64,000 bases of DNA from contig CAWDSK010000005.1 in the NCBI GenBank assembly GCA_963804995.1, positions 736,001 to 800,000 on the forward strand, read 5' to 3'. The notes below the pieces were generated by a model that worked only from the letters and a program-made list of their open reading frames with translations, ran no database searches and was not told the origin of the DNA. Origin of the DNA: an uncultured Acidobacteriota bacterium (GTDB lineage: Bacteria; Acidobacteriota; Terriglobia; UBA7540). Both the position numbers and the translations under genes were made by a program. Shown here piece by piece: positions 33,943 to 45,223 of the stretch (position 1 is the stretch's first letter; each line of letters opens with the position of its first letter).

Positions 33943-35283
33943 TCACGACAACGCCGCGGCGTTGCTGTGAACTTTATCGAGCGCTGCCGCGATGTCGTCC
34001 ATGTCGCTCTTCGATCCCATCAGCATATGATGGCCGAACTCCATGGCCGTGGCGGTCAGCTCGTCGTTGTGCGGGCAAAGGTTCTGTTCCCGATATCGCG
34101 CCAAGCGCTCTTTGGAATAGATCCGCTGATACCCCCGGGAATTGAGGGTTTGTTCCAGATACGGTTCGCGATTGAGTGCGGGTCCGTAAGCCCCGCCTAT
34201 CGGGATTCCTTCTGCATTGATTGCCTTAACGATCATGTCGCGGGGCACGCCGTTGAAATGCGCCGGGTCATAGCGCATGCCAAAGTGGTAATAAGTCTGG
34301 TGCTCCGTCTCCGGGTATTGCTCCTGCGGATAGATCCCCGGTATCTTTCTTAGTTGCTCCTTGAGATAAGCGGCATTCTCCTCCTGTATAGCATGGACCT
34401 TCTGGTAGCGAGTGATCTGTGCCATCGCCACGGCGGGAGCGAAATCGGAGGTTCGGTACTTGGCCCCCCGCACCACGAAGGTTTCGTGGCGGGCGTCCAG
34501 CGATAGGCCGAAGTTACGCCAAGTGTAAGCCTTCTTAATCAGTTCCGGATCATTACTAACCATAGCGCCCAGTTCGCCGCCGGGCAGAACCTTGCTCTCC
34601 TGGAAGCTGAAACAGCCGGCCGTTCCCAGCGTTCCCAGCCGCTTGCCCTTCCAAGTCGTGGTGTGCGCCTGGCAGGCGTCCTCAATCACCGGGAGATTAT
34701 GCTTTTTGGCGATGTCCAGAATCTTGTCCATATGCGCCGCGTTACTCAGCATGTGAACTGGCAGAATCGCCCGCGTGTCCTTGGTGATGCGGTGTTCGAT
34801 GTCGTCCGGGTCCATGGTAAAAGTTTTCAGGTCGGTGTCCACAAACACCGGCAGCGCAAAATTGAGGAGGATGGCGTCAATCGTGGCGATGTAGGTGTAA
34901 GGGGCCACCAGAACTTCGTCACCGGGGCTAACGCCCACCACTTCTAACGCAGTATGAAGAGCATGCGTGCCACAAGGAGTCGTCACGCAGCCACCCACCC
35001 CCAACTCTTTTGCCCACGCCTTCTCAAACTCGGGAATGAAATTCCCCTTGTCGTAGGTGCACCAACGATGGCTGCGCAGGGATTTGAGAATGTTCGCTTC
35101 GTCCAGCTCGAACGTCTGGGGCCACTGGGTAAAGGGCTTAGTTCGAACCGGGGTGCCGCCGTGAAGGGCCAGAGCGTTGGGATTCCCCGAAAGCGCAGGC
35201 GCGCGCGGTACAACGCTTGCCGCGGCCAGGCCCGCCGATGTCTTTTCCAAGAACTCTCGACGAGTAAAAGTGATTCTTTTCAT
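33943..35283 (-). CDS. DegT/DnrJ/EryC1/StrS aminotransferase with Tat-like signal
   Basis: TRREFL; GTHALH, IEDACQAH, FSFQESK (PLP Lys). Confidence 0.9.
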   Translation of the reverse strand: MKRITFTRREFLEKTSAGLAAASVVPRAPALSGNPNALALHGGTPVRTKPFTQWPQTFELDEANILKSLRSHRWCTYDKGNFIPEFEKAWAKELGVGGCVTTPCGTHALHTALEVVGVSPGDEVLVAPYTYIATIDAILLNFALPVFVDTDLKTFTMDPDDIEHRITKDTRAILPVHMLSNAAHMDKILDIAKKHNLPVIEDACQAHTTTWKGKRLGTLGTAGCFSFQESKVLPGGELGAMVSNDPELIKKAYTWRNFGLSLDARHETFVVRGAKYRTSDFAPAVAMAQITRYQKVHAIQEENAAYLKEQLRKIPGIYPQEQYPETEHQTYYHFGMRYDPAHFNGVPRDMIVKAINAEGIPIGGAYGPALNREPYLEQTLNSRGYQRIYSKERLARYREQNLCPHNDELTATAMEFGHHMLMGSKSDMDDIAAALDKVHSNAAALS

Positions 35284-35617
35284 GGGGCTCCTTTCCATCG
35301 AAACTTCGTTAGAGTGGAAAACTATTTTCTTTGCTTGGGTAATCTTTAGCCTGTTTGACTCCACTGTCAACAAGAGAACTCGTTCAGCAAACCACTCCGT
35401 AGGACAAATTGTTTCTCGGAACCGGACGCGCGATGCTACCTCGGTCCCAGACGCAAGTATTGAACAGTCTGCGAAAATAGGTGACACAAATGCGCCACGT
35501 CTACAAAGCTCGTTTGCGATAAACTGAGCAACGCGGACGCAAGTCGAAACTCGCACCCGAGAGCTGTGCATTGGAACCAGCACATCAAGAGAAAAAGGCT
35601 ATGGAGGGCTCAAGCGA

Positions 35618-37306
35618 GTGACTAGAGAGCAGCGGTTTGACGCCATCCGCCGTCGGCCGGAGGTCCCGGTCCTGATCGTGGGAGGTGGGATCAATGGCGT
35701 TGGCCTGCTTCGTGAGTTGGCTCTTCAAGGAGTGGTTGCGCTGCTGGTGGAAAAATCTGATTTCTGTTCCGGCGCCAGTGCTGCTTCCACGCGCGTCATC
35801 CACGGTGGGTTGCGATACCTCGAAAACGGCGAATTCCGTTTGGTCAAGGAATCCTTGCGGGAGCGAAACCGATTGCTGAAGAATGCTCCTCATTATGTGA
35901 GGCCACTCCCCACGGTCATTCCGGTCTTCAACTGGGCACATGGCCTGCTTCCCTCCCTGGGGAGGTTCCTGGGGTTCAAGGTGCCCCCCAATGACCGAGG
36001 CGCCCTGCTGTTCAAAATTGGACTGTCCATGTACGACCTTCTCTCTGGACATCAAGCGGTTTTACCTCGACATCAATTCCGGTCCCGTCGTGCTTCTCTG
36101 GCCTTGCGTCCTCAGCTCCACGCGGGGATCGTCTGCACGGCAATCTATTACGACGCCTGGATCAGCTACCCCGAGCGGCTCTCTGTGGAATTGGTTCTGG
36201 ACGCGGAAAGACATTGCTCGGACGCCTGTGCGTTAAATTACGTTCGCGTCAAAGGCGCGAATGGAGAAATGGTTGACCTGGAAGATGAGATTACTGGTCG
36301 GAGGGTTGAGATCAAGCCCAGGATTGTGGTTAATGCGACTGGGGGTTGGATCGATTTCACCAACCGCGCCCTGCAGCGAGAGACTCAATACATTGGGGGC
36401 ACCAAAGGCTCGCACATTGTTATTGACAACCCTGAACTGCTGCTCGCGACCCAGGGACAGATGCTCTACTTCGACAATGCGGACGGCCGTATCTGCATCT
36501 TTTATCCCTTCTACGGTAAAGTCATCGCCGGCTCTACTGACATCCCGGTAAGGAATCCCGAGACCGCGGTTTGTGAGGCAGACGAGGTGGACTATATCCT
36601 GGATTCCATCCGCCGGGTTCTTCCTGCCATCCAGGTGGATCGATCCCACATTGTCTACAAGTTTTGTGGAGTACGTCCCCTACCTCGCAGCGATTCCTCC
36701 ATGCCGGGAGCGGTTAGTTGAGACCATACCTGCGCCATCATTCCCGCCGGAGATGGAATTCAATTTTCAGTTTATTCCCTGATCGGTGGGAAGTGGACCA
36801 CCTTCCGGGCTTTTGGCGAGCAAGTGGCGGATAAGATTCTCAGCCACCTCGCGACACCACGGCGGGCAAGTTCCGTGGATTTACCCATTGGTGGCGGTAG
36901 GGATTACCCGCAAAGTGTGGCAGAGAAGGTTGCATGGCTGGCTTCCCTGGAAGGAAAAACCGGGCTACCGATGGAGCGATTGGGGATCTTGCTGGATCGT
37001 TACGGAACTCGCGCCGAAGAGGTTGCTCAATTCTTGACCGCTGCGCCAGACCAGCCCCTGCGTGCGCTTCCCCAATACAGCCGAAGGGAAATTCAGTTCA
37101 TGGCCAATTATGAGAGCATTGTCCATCTGGATGACCTCATCTTGAGAAGGACAATCATGGCTCTCATAGGTCAGTTGAGCCTTGAACTGTTGGAGGAGCT
37201 GGCGGGCGAGCTGGCTCCGGTGTTGGGGTGGCCGCAGGCGAGAACCCGGCAGGAAATCGATCGCACGGTGAAACTACTGAGTGACGTTCCATGGGGTAAA
37301 TTTTGA
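35618..37306 (+). pseudogene. glpD: Glycerol-3-phosphate/polyol-phosphate dehydrogenase (GlpD/EryB-like) with an in-frame TGA at 36719-36721
   Basis: IVGGGING, HGGLRYLE, GVRPL; the frame continues after the stop as DHT…LIGGKWTTFR. Confidence 0.85.
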
Positions 37307-37383
37307 GCAAGTGCGCGCGCCGAACCTGGCAGGGCAAGAAAACGCGATTGAATGACCCGCCGCGTCTGATCGAAATAACTCCC

Positions 37384-38136
37384 TCATCCCATCACGAGAC
37401 CGCCACTCACATTGATCACTGCGCCGGTAACATAACTGGCTTCTTCCGAGGCCAGGAATGCTATGGCCGCAGCCACTTCTTCCGGCCGACCGAAACGTCG
37501 CAGCGGAGTCTGGCGAATCCATTCCTCCTCGCGCCCAGCCATTCCCTCCAAAAGTAAATCGGTGACGATTCGCCCCGGCGTCACCACGTTTACCGTGATC
37601 CCACAGGCGCCCAGTTCCTTGGCCAAGGAAAAAGAGAATCCCATCAACCCCGCTTTTGCTGCCGCGTAGTGAGCATGATTGTTCGATCCCGTCAATGCTG
37701 CCTGCGAGGAGACATTGATGATGCGCCCCCAGCGGCGCTCCTTCATCGAAGGAATGCACGCACGCGCGTAACGAAACGCCAACGTCAGGTTGACAGCAAG
37801 AGATTGCTCCCAATCGTGATCTTTCATATCGGTAACCGGAACGTGCGTCAACTCGCCGGCATTGTTCACAAGAATGTCAACTTTCCCCAACCGGGAGGCG
37901 ACTTCCTCCACCGATTGCTTAATCGCGCTGGGGTCCATCACATTGGCTTCAATGGCCAGAGCTCGCTCACCGCTGGCGGAAATCTGCTCAACCACTTCAT
38001 TCGCCTGATCGCTGCGACTCCGGTAAGTTACCGCTACCGCTGCGCCCTTGGCAGCCAACGCCAGGCAAGTGGCGCGCCCAATGCCCCGTGATCCACCTGT
38101 AACTAACGCCACATGGCCACCCAAGCTCTTGTGCAC
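37384..38136 (-). CDS. SDR family oxidoreductase
   Basis: TGGSRGIG, NNAG, YAAAK. Confidence 0.92.
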   Translation of the reverse strand: MHKSLGGHVALVTGGSRGIGRATCLALAAKGAAVAVTYRSRSDQANEVVEQISASGERALAIEANVMDPSAIKQSVEEVASRLGKVDILVNNAGELTHVPVTDMKDHDWEQSLAVNLTLAFRYARACIPSMKERRWGRIINVSSQAALTGSNNHAHYAAAKAGLMGFSFSLAKELGACGITVNVVTPGRIVTDLLLEGMAGREEEWIRQTPLRRFGRPEEVAAAIAFLASEEASYVTGAVINVSGGLVMG

Positions 38137-38212
38137 CGAATTGCCCTCCGCGCTATTGCGATAATCCCGTGCCAGCCCTTCGTGCACCGGACCGGCAGAG
38201 ACCCCATGCCTT

Positions 38213-39739
38213 CTACGGGGCCAAACCAGCCATCTCATCAAAATCGGTCCGCAGGTGCTCGTAAAGGTTGCGAAAAACTCTGTAAAGCCCTTGATACTTT
38301 AAGTGATTCTCCAAGTTCGGCTCAAATCGCGTTTTGAGTTTCACCATGTCACGGAGCGTGCTGGAGACATCGGGATAAAGGCCTAAGCCCATGCCAACCA
38401 GGACAGCGTCGCCAAATGGAGCCCCCACTGGTGCCTCGGGCAAGTAAACGGGGATGCCGAGAACATCGGCCTTTATCTGATTCCACAGTGCGCTGCGAGT
38501 CCCGCCGCCGACCGAGCGCAGCTGGCTCAACTGAATCCCCGCACGCTTGGCCACTTCTACGTTGTGGTACAAAGCGAAGGTTGTACCCTCAAGGATTGCT
38601 CTGATCAAGGCGGCTTTGGGAGTGGCCAGAGAAAGTCCGAAGAACACGCCTTTGGCGTTAGTGTGCCAGAGGGGTGACCGCTCTCCCGCCATGTAGGGTA
38701 AGAAAACGACCCCGCGGCTCCCTACTGAAATCTGAGCTGCCTGCTCGGTCAAGAGATCAAACGGATCCACACCCAGCCGAGTAGCCGTTTGAACTTCGAA
38801 TTCTCCGAACTCGTCTCGAAACCATCGCAAGCTTGCCCCAGATGCAACCATGGCGCCCAAAAGCAGGTGGACTCCCGGGATGGCGTGGGGCATCGCAATA
38901 AAGGCCGGCTCCGTGATCCCGCCGTGGTTCGGCATGATCAGTACGGTAGATGTCCCTGTCATTTCGGCTGCTACACCAGGCTCCACAGCTCCGGCTTCCA
39001 GCGCCGCCGCCGCACTATCGACGGTACCCACCATGACCGGCGTCCCCGGTCGCAGGCCGGTGGCCTCAGCCGCCCTGGGGCTAACCTCTCCGTGATAACA
39101 ATGGGCAGCCTTCACCTCGGGAAATTGCGTTGGCTCAATGCCGCAGGCATCACATAATGGCCTGTACCATTCCCCGGTCAAATAATCGCGGAGCTGCAGC
39201 AGAACGGCATGCGCCGAATCGAGACTGAATTCCCCGGTCAGCCGATAGTTGATATAACCATTAACCTGAACGAACTGAGAAGTCTGCGCTAGGAGGTGAG
39301 GCTCATGAGTTTTAAGCCAAAGCAATTTAGGCGCGACGTAGAAAGCGTCCGGTCGGTTGCCAGTCACCCGGTAAATCGTTCCCTCCCCGAGAATCTCATC
39401 CAACCTTCTTACTTCAGCTTCCGCCCGCCGATCCATCCAGATCATAGCGGGTCGCAAGGGAACACCGGTGCGGCCAAGGGGCAGCAAAGCGGGAGCTTGT
39501 GAACTGACCGCCAGGCCCACCACACGCTCTGCAGCCTTCTGGTCGGAGGCAAGAACCTGACGGATGGCGGAGCAAACCGCCTGCCACCAATCTTCGGGGT
39601 CTTGTTCCACCCATCCAGGCCGGACGTGATGAAGCACGTATTCGGATCGGCCCACGGCCTGCAGCCGCCCCTCGGGGCTGACCAAGGCAGCCTTCGCCCC
39701 TGTCGTCCCTACGTCAATCCCCAGAAATAATTCGTCCAC
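38213..39739 (-). CDS. FGGY-family carbohydrate kinase (xylulokinase-like)
   Basis: GIDVGTTGAK, EQDPEDWW, WMDRRA, FLPYMAGERSP. Confidence 0.92.
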   Translation of the reverse strand: MDELFLGIDVGTTGAKAALVSPEGRLQAVGRSEYVLHHVRPGWVEQDPEDWWQAVCSAIRQVLASDQKAAERVVGLAVSSQAPALLPLGRTGVPLRPAMIWMDRRAEAEVRRLDEILGEGTIYRVTGNRPDAFYVAPKLLWLKTHEPHLLAQTSQFVQVNGYINYRLTGEFSLDSAHAVLLQLRDYLTGEWYRPLCDACGIEPTQFPEVKAAHCYHGEVSPRAAEATGLRPGTPVMVGTVDSAAAALEAGAVEPGVAAEMTGTSTVLIMPNHGGITEPAFIAMPHAIPGVHLLLGAMVASGASLRWFRDEFGEFEVQTATRLGVDPFDLLTEQAAQISVGSRGVVFLPYMAGERSPLWHTNAKGVFFGLSLATPKAALIRAILEGTTFALYHNVEVAKRAGIQLSQLRSVGGGTRSALWNQIKADVLGIPVYLPEAPVGAPFGDAVLVGMGLGLYPDVSSTLRDMVKLKTRFEPNLENHLKYQGLYRVFRNLYEHLRTDFDEMAGLAP

Positions 39740-39883
39740 CGAGGAGTCCCTCCTCAACAAAAATCAGGAGTGAACAAACTTCTTGAGAGGTTCGAATGTC
39801 GCGCCAACCCACTTGCGCAGGTTCGGTATCAGAGCTCGATTCTCTCTTGGTCGTATCCTATGAAGAGAATGCAAGACAGTTTC

Positions 39884-40876
39884 TTACCACGTCACAACCG
39901 GAGCCAGAGCGACCATGGTCAGCCCGGCAATAAAGAATACGAACATAAACGCAAGCAGGAGCTTAACCCCACGGTCCGCACCACGGAATTCCTTCCGTAC
40001 GAACACCCCCCAGATAGCGGCCACCATCGTAGCTCCCTGGCCAAGGGCGTAGGAGGTGGCGGGGCCAACCATTTGCGCAAAGGATGCGACGTAGTTCGAG
40101 ATGGTTCCTACCATCCACGCGAACCCTCCAAACAGGCCCCAGAAGTGGGCACCCGGTGAGCCGGCGAAATACTCTCTTACGGCGATCGGGGGGCCACTTG
40201 GAGCGAACCGCATATAAAGGTAGTTGAACAGGAAGTTACTCAAGACTATGCCCACGGCAAACAAGAACGCTACAGTGTATGGTCCCAGGTGGCCCTCGCC
40301 AGTTGTGGCCTTGACAACGAATGGGTAGAACAATCCCATCAGTATCCCGCCCACCCCGGCCAAAACGAGGCCTTTCGCCGTTCCTGCCGGACTGCCCGCG
40401 CGCTTACGGTAAGCCACCCCATCCATGACAATGGCAAGACAAACGAATCCGACTCCTCCAAACAAGAGCCACGGATTTGCTGTAGGCTGCAGGACGTAGT
40501 TAAGGACGCTCCCAACCACCAAGGCCAAACCAATGCCTACGGGAAACCCTACCGCCATTCCCGCCACGCTGATGGCAGCAACCACCAGGATGTTCGCCGC
40601 ATTGAAGACAATCCCTGCCACGACCGCCCACGCTTGATGTCCAACGCTGGCACTTGCCAAGTTGCGAAAGAAACTTTCTGGATTCGTCGGGTCCGTCCTG
40701 CCCAAGGTCACACCGACCAATAAAGCGCAGAGCATGATTCCCCAGACATAGTCCCAGTACAGGAGTTCAAAACGCCATCCCTTGCAAAGCTTGGTGACAT
40801 TGATCCAACTACCCCAGGCAATCATAGTGATAATCATCATGAAAAGCGCCAAGCTATACACCGAAGGAGTGAACAT
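39884..40876 (-). CDS. DMT-superfamily sugar/ureide-permease-like transporter
   Basis: WGSW…WRFELLYWDY, SYALGQGATMVAAIWG; about 10 TM segments. Confidence 0.8.
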   Translation of the reverse strand: MFTPSVYSLALFMMIITMIAWGSWINVTKLCKGWRFELLYWDYVWGIMLCALLVGVTLGRTDPTNPESFFRNLASASVGHQAWAVVAGIVFNAANILVVAAISVAGMAVGFPVGIGLALVVGSVLNYVLQPTANPWLLFGGVGFVCLAIVMDGVAYRKRAGSPAGTAKGLVLAGVGGILMGLFYPFVVKATTGEGHLGPYTVAFLFAVGIVLSNFLFNYLYMRFAPSGPPIAVREYFAGSPGAHFWGLFGGFAWMVGTISNYVASFAQMVGPATSYALGQGATMVAAIWGVFVRKEFRGADRGVKLLLAFMFVFFIAGLTMVALAPVVTW

Positions 40877-40889
40877 AAGTTGTTTCGTC

Positions 40890-42305
40890 CTATCCCCTAA
40901 TTTGCCGAGCTTCCTCATCCCACTTCGCCACGGTTTGCTGGAAGTAGGCATAGTTGGCCAGATGGCAGCCCAGGGCGGCGTTATTCCCGAAGACTTCGTT
41001 CTCCACCGGCGGCCGCCGCGTTCTTACCGAGCTGAAGAAGTTGGCGACGTGATCAGGGACATCACTATATCCGGATGGCGGCAGAAAGCTCTCCGATTCC
41101 TGATCGACCGCTGACTTTAGTGGCCCCGCCAGGGGATGCTCCTCTCGGAACTTCCGGAAATACTCCTCCCGCATTGCCTTCGGCCAGCCGAAAACCGCGT
41201 AACTCTCCGGCGCCGGCCGCGTGTCTTGGGGCGTAAAGGTCAGAACCGGACTCCTCAGTCCCCCCACAGCGCCAAAGCCAAAGGCCGGCATCGAAACGAT
41301 GTCTCGAATGACCAACGTGCCCTCCGTGCCGAAGAACGCCATGTACTCCCCGCTCTCATTGTTCTGGTTGCAGCGCAAACTGACCCGAAAGCTTGGGTAT
41401 TCGAACAGGGTGACCAGCAAGTCAGGGAACTCCCGTTTCTCTTTCCAGCGGAACAGGTCTCCTGCGGATTGGGCGCGCCGGGGGGGAGTACTGGTCCCGG
41501 TAATATAGTGAATACCGGAGAGCATGTGCACAAAGAGGTCGCCTGCCAGGCCCAGTCCGTAGTCGGTAAACCGGCGCCAGGAGACATAGCGCACCGGGTC
41601 AAACGGTTTCTTAGGAGCATCACCCAGGAAGCGCTCCCAATCGATGGTTTTCTCGCTTGCGTCAGGAGGAACCGGTACGACCCAGGCACCGCCGGGTGTA
41701 TTGCGGTCCCAGTGGGCCTCGATCATGGGCACTTGGCCGAGCCTGCCGGAGCTGTAAATTTCCTTGGCTTTGGCGTAAATGATGGAACTAACACGCTGGC
41801 TTCCCACTTGCAGGACGCGCTTGTTCTTCCGGGCAGCCTCCACCATGGTGAAGCCATCCTCCACGCTGTGGGACATGGGCTTCTCGCAATAGACGTCTTT
41901 GCCCGCTTCGCAGGCGGCCACGGCGATAGGACGATGTTGGTGATCAGGAGCCGCGATGATCACAGCGTCGATGTCCTTGCGGTCGAGGATTTGCCGGTAG
42001 TCGCGTGTGAAGGGAATGTCTTTGTCCCCCAACGCTTCGTGTGCGGAGATGCGCCGCGTGTCGTACACATCACAAGTGGCTACACACTCAATTCCCGGAA
42101 CCACTCGCGTGGCCTGCAGAACCTCGCAGCCGCGTATACCCGTTCCAATGCTTGCGAACCGCACAGTGTCTGAGGGTGGCACGGCACGCGGCGATGCCCG
42201 CAGAGTTGCAGGTTCCAGAATGGCACACTTGCCGGAAACGCCGATCGCCGCCGCACCCATACCCCGCCGCATGAAGTCCCGCCGATTAATTCGATTGAGT
42301 GGCAT
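40890..42305 (-). CDS. Gfo/Idh/MocA oxidoreductase with Tat signal
   Basis: NRRDFM; IGTGIRG, PDHQH, YCEKP; paralog of 16048-17430. Confidence 0.9.
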   Translation of the reverse strand: MPLNRINRRDFMRRGMGAAAIGVSGKCAILEPATLRASPRAVPPSDTVRFASIGTGIRGCEVLQATRVVPGIECVATCDVYDTRRISAHEALGDKDIPFTRDYRQILDRKDIDAVIIAAPDHQHRPIAVAACEAGKDVYCEKPMSHSVEDGFTMVEAARKNKRVLQVGSQRVSSIIYAKAKEIYSSGRLGQVPMIEAHWDRNTPGGAWVVPVPPDASEKTIDWERFLGDAPKKPFDPVRYVSWRRFTDYGLGLAGDLFVHMLSGIHYITGTSTPPRRAQSAGDLFRWKEKREFPDLLVTLFEYPSFRVSLRCNQNNESGEYMAFFGTEGTLVIRDIVSMPAFGFGAVGGLRSPVLTFTPQDTRPAPESYAVFGWPKAMREEYFRKFREEHPLAGPLKSAVDQESESFLPPSGYSDVPDHVANFFSSVRTRRPPVENEVFGNNAALGCHLANYAYFQQTVAKWDEEARQIRG

Positions 42306-42545
42306 TGGCAGAAGACCTCCTCACAGAGTATCAAAACAGAAATTAAGGACCTCCTACAAAACGCCCTAGTGTGCCAGAATTAACGGGTGAGTAAAAGCTT
42401 TCCCTCGTGTTTACCTCCCAGGTTCTTAGCTCCTCCCCTCGTAATCATCCTGCCGACTGCCTTTTGATGGTCTCCGCTTGCTTGCCATCTTCGTGCTAGA
42501 CTCTGTCGGTGATTCCAGGGATGGTCCTCGGCTGGGGGTGCTTCA

Positions 42546-43406
42546 ATGAGAATCTTCAATTTCAAGAAACGTCTCCTAAAGAGCGTTGGGGCGTTAGCGT
42601 CGGGGGGAGTTCTCCTGGATACCCAAGTAGGAAGCCGTGCTGTCCCAACCAATGGCACCCGCCCGCGGGTTCTTGCCCTCATCGGCGACCGCTATCACAA
42701 CGCCGACTACATCCGGGTCGCCCTAAATAGACTATTCCACGAACTGAATCTCCCCATCGATTACACCATTAACTATGATCAAATCTCCGCGCGCCTTCTG
42801 GCATCCTACCACCTGTTTGTGGTTTTGCGGGATGGGATGATCTGGCCCAAGGGATATCTTGAGCCCAACGACTACGAATACTCGCACGATCTGGAGAACA
42901 ATAGGGACTGGCCGCAGGAGCAGTCCGAGCCGTGGATCACGGAGGAGCAGGGGAGGGCCATTAAAAACTTCGTGGAGGCGGGTGGGGCGCTGTACGCCTT
43001 ACACAACAGCAGTCACATTTCTCTTTCTTCCAAGGACTATCGCGCGGTGATGGGTGGGGCGTATATCGATCATCCGGCCCTGCGTCCCTTCAAGGTGTCG
43101 GTGGTGAACAAGGAGCACCCGATTACGCGGGGCGTGCAAGACTTCATCGTTAACGACGAACAACATTTCGTAACCTATGACAAGGACCCCAAGTACATTC
43201 TGTTGCAAAGCGAGAATATCGATGGCCTGACTGACATCAGCGAAGGCAAGGACCTGGGCGCCAAGGCGATTGCGGGCTGGGCATACGATTTCGGCAAGGG
43301 CCGTGTGGTCTTCACCGCCGTCGGCCATACACTGCACGCTATGTGGCAACCTGAGTATTTTAAACTTCAGAAGAACGCAGTCGGGTGGCTGCTGAGGACG
43401 GAATAG
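42546..43406 (+). CDS. ThuA-domain (class I GATase-like) protein
   Basis: LIGDRYHN, FVEAGG…LHN, HPIT, DE, GKGRVVFTAVGH. Confidence 0.85.
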   Translation: MRIFNFKKRLLKSVGALASGGVLLDTQVGSRAVPTNGTRPRVLALIGDRYHNADYIRVALNRLFHELNLPIDYTINYDQISARLLASYHLFVVLRDGMIWPKGYLEPNDYEYSHDLENNRDWPQEQSEPWITEEQGRAIKNFVEAGGALYALHNSSHISLSSKDYRAVMGGAYIDHPALRPFKVSVVNKEHPITRGVQDFIVNDEQHFVTYDKDPKYILLQSENIDGLTDISEGKDLGAKAIAGWAYDFGKGRVVFTAVGHTLHAMWQPEYFKLQKNAVGWLLRTE

Positions 43407-43565
43407 CCGTGCCTTTCAGCGCATCAGAAAGTCTGGCCGACCATAGAGAACACGCTGTTGTCCAAGAACTATACCGTTCTGTTGTTTGACGTAGTTTAGT
43501 GGCAAGCCTTGGCCGCCAATGGTGCACCGTCGACTCCTCACTACGCCCGTCACCCTGGGGTGTTC

Positions 43566-44264
43566 ATGAATCTTTTCGAAAAGTTCCAATCCACGCTTCG
43601 AGGAAGACTCCTGGTGTCTTGCCAAGCCGCGGAAGACAGCGCCCTCCGGGATTCATCCACCATGGCGCGTTTCGCACGAGCCGCCGTGGAGGGTGGCGCA
43701 GTGGGGATCCGCGCCAATGGGTGTGATGATGTCCGGGCGATTCGGCAGGCCGTTAGCGTTCCAATCATCGGCATCTGGAAGGCCCAGCAGGATGACGGCG
43801 AGATTCTTATTACCCCCACTTTTGAAGCAGCGCGGCAGTTAGTTGAGGCAGGAGCAAGCCTCATTGCACTGGATTGCACGGCCAGGGGCGCAAGATACGG
43901 GGCCTTGGAAAGACTCCGACAGATCAAGGAGGAACTTGGAGTTCCGGTTCTTGCCGACATCGCCACGGTTGACGAGGCGGGTCGGGCAGCGGAAGCAGGC
44001 GCCGACGCAGTTCTCTCCACACTGCGGGGTTACACGCGGGAAACCAGCTACGTAAAAACTTTCGAGCCGGCCTTCATTGCGGAGCTCGTTCATGCTGTGA
44101 GCGTGCCGGTAATTGCCGAGGGCCACATCCAGACTCCCCAGGAGCTTTGTGCCGCACTTGATGCCGGGGCCTTCGCGATCATTGTGGGAACTGCCATCAC
44201 CCGGCCGGAGGTGATCACTCGAGGATTCGTCTCGGCCCTCGAGAACTTGGTGCCGCCGTCATGA
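43566..44264 (+). CDS. nanE: N-acetylmannosamine-6-phosphate 2-epimerase
   Basis: LLVSCQA, GIRAN, PIIGIWK, ITPT, STLRGYT, GTAITRP. Confidence 0.92.
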   Translation: MNLFEKFQSTLRGRLLVSCQAAEDSALRDSSTMARFARAAVEGGAVGIRANGCDDVRAIRQAVSVPIIGIWKAQQDDGEILITPTFEAARQLVEAGASLIALDCTARGARYGALERLRQIKEELGVPVLADIATVDEAGRAAEAGADAVLSTLRGYTRETSYVKTFEPAFIAELVHAVSVPVIAEGHIQTPQELCAALDAGAFAIIVGTAITRPEVITRGFVSALENLVPPS

Positions 44265-44280
44265 CCCCCAGGGCGTTTTC

Positions 44281-45198
44281 GTGGGCATCGACCTGGGGGG
44301 GACCAATACCAAGTACGGCCTCGTCACCTGTCAGGGGGAGTTACTCTTCCACTCGAAAGCTCCCACCCCCTGGAAAGGTGGGCGGGACGCATTGCTATCC
44401 CACCTGCGCGAGATAGTCTCCGCCTGCCTGGAGGAGACTCGCCGCCGGGCCCTAAAGGTCGAGGCCATAGGCCTTGCCACCGCCGGCTGGGTTGATCCGG
44501 GATCGGGCCAGGTTGTCTACGCGACTGAAAACCTCCCCGGCTGGACGGGCTCGAACCCCGGCGCTTTCCTGCACGAGGCGTTTGGTCTTCCCGTGGCGGT
44601 GGAGAACGACGCGAATGCGCTCGCGGTTGCCGAAAAGCACTTCGGTGCGGCGAAAGCTATCTCCGACTTTGTATGTATCACGCTGGGCACTGGAGTGGGC
44701 GGCGGTTGTTACGTCGGTGGCCGGCTTAACCGTGGCCCTCATTTCTTTGCCAATGCCCTGGGTCATATCCCCATTGAGCCAGAGGGAAGGCCCTGCACGT
44801 GCGGCCTGGCCGGGTGTCTGGAACAATACACGAACGCTTCGGCGCTTGTGGGCTATGCGACTTCCGGAAATTACACCTCAGGGGAGCAGGTCATCGCGGC
44901 GGCTAATGCGGGAGATCCTAGTGCCCGGCAAGCGATTCACACCTATGCAAAATATCTGGCGGTCGGGTGTGCAGCCATCGTGAGCCTGCTGGACCCGGAA
45001 CTGCTGATTCTGGCGGGCGGCCTCGCGCAGAACAATCCAATCCTTTTGAGCGCTCTCACCGCTGAGCTGGCCAAACGAGTTACGGTATGGCAACAACGCA
45101 AGCTGCGAGTGGAATTCTCTTCGCTCGGCTACGAGGCTGGAGTGCTCGGCGCCGCGGCTGTGGCCTCAGATGGACTTGCGGAGAGCAAGGAACCTTGA
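44281..45198 (+). CDS. ROK-family sugar kinase (5' end uncertain)
   Basis: GIDLGGT, ENDANA, TLGTGVGGG, CTCGLAGCLE. Confidence 0.9.
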   Translation: MGIDLGGTNTKYGLVTCQGELLFHSKAPTPWKGGRDALLSHLREIVSACLEETRRRALKVEAIGLATAGWVDPGSGQVVYATENLPGWTGSNPGAFLHEAFGLPVAVENDANALAVAEKHFGAAKAISDFVCITLGTGVGGGCYVGGRLNRGPHFFANALGHIPIEPEGRPCTCGLAGCLEQYTNASALVGYATSGNYTSGEQVIAAANAGDPSARQAIHTYAKYLAVGCAAIVSLLDPELLILAGGLAQNNPILLSALTAELAKRVTVWQQRKLRVEFSSLGYEAGVLGAAAVASDGLAESKEP

Positions 45199-45223
45199 CC
45201 CGGACCCGTAGCGGGCAGCCGCC

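Noticed and set aside
36719..36721. Selenocysteine or stop-codon reassignment
   Set aside because: The position corresponds to a conserved Arg, and TGA and TAG are used as normal stops throughout the window.
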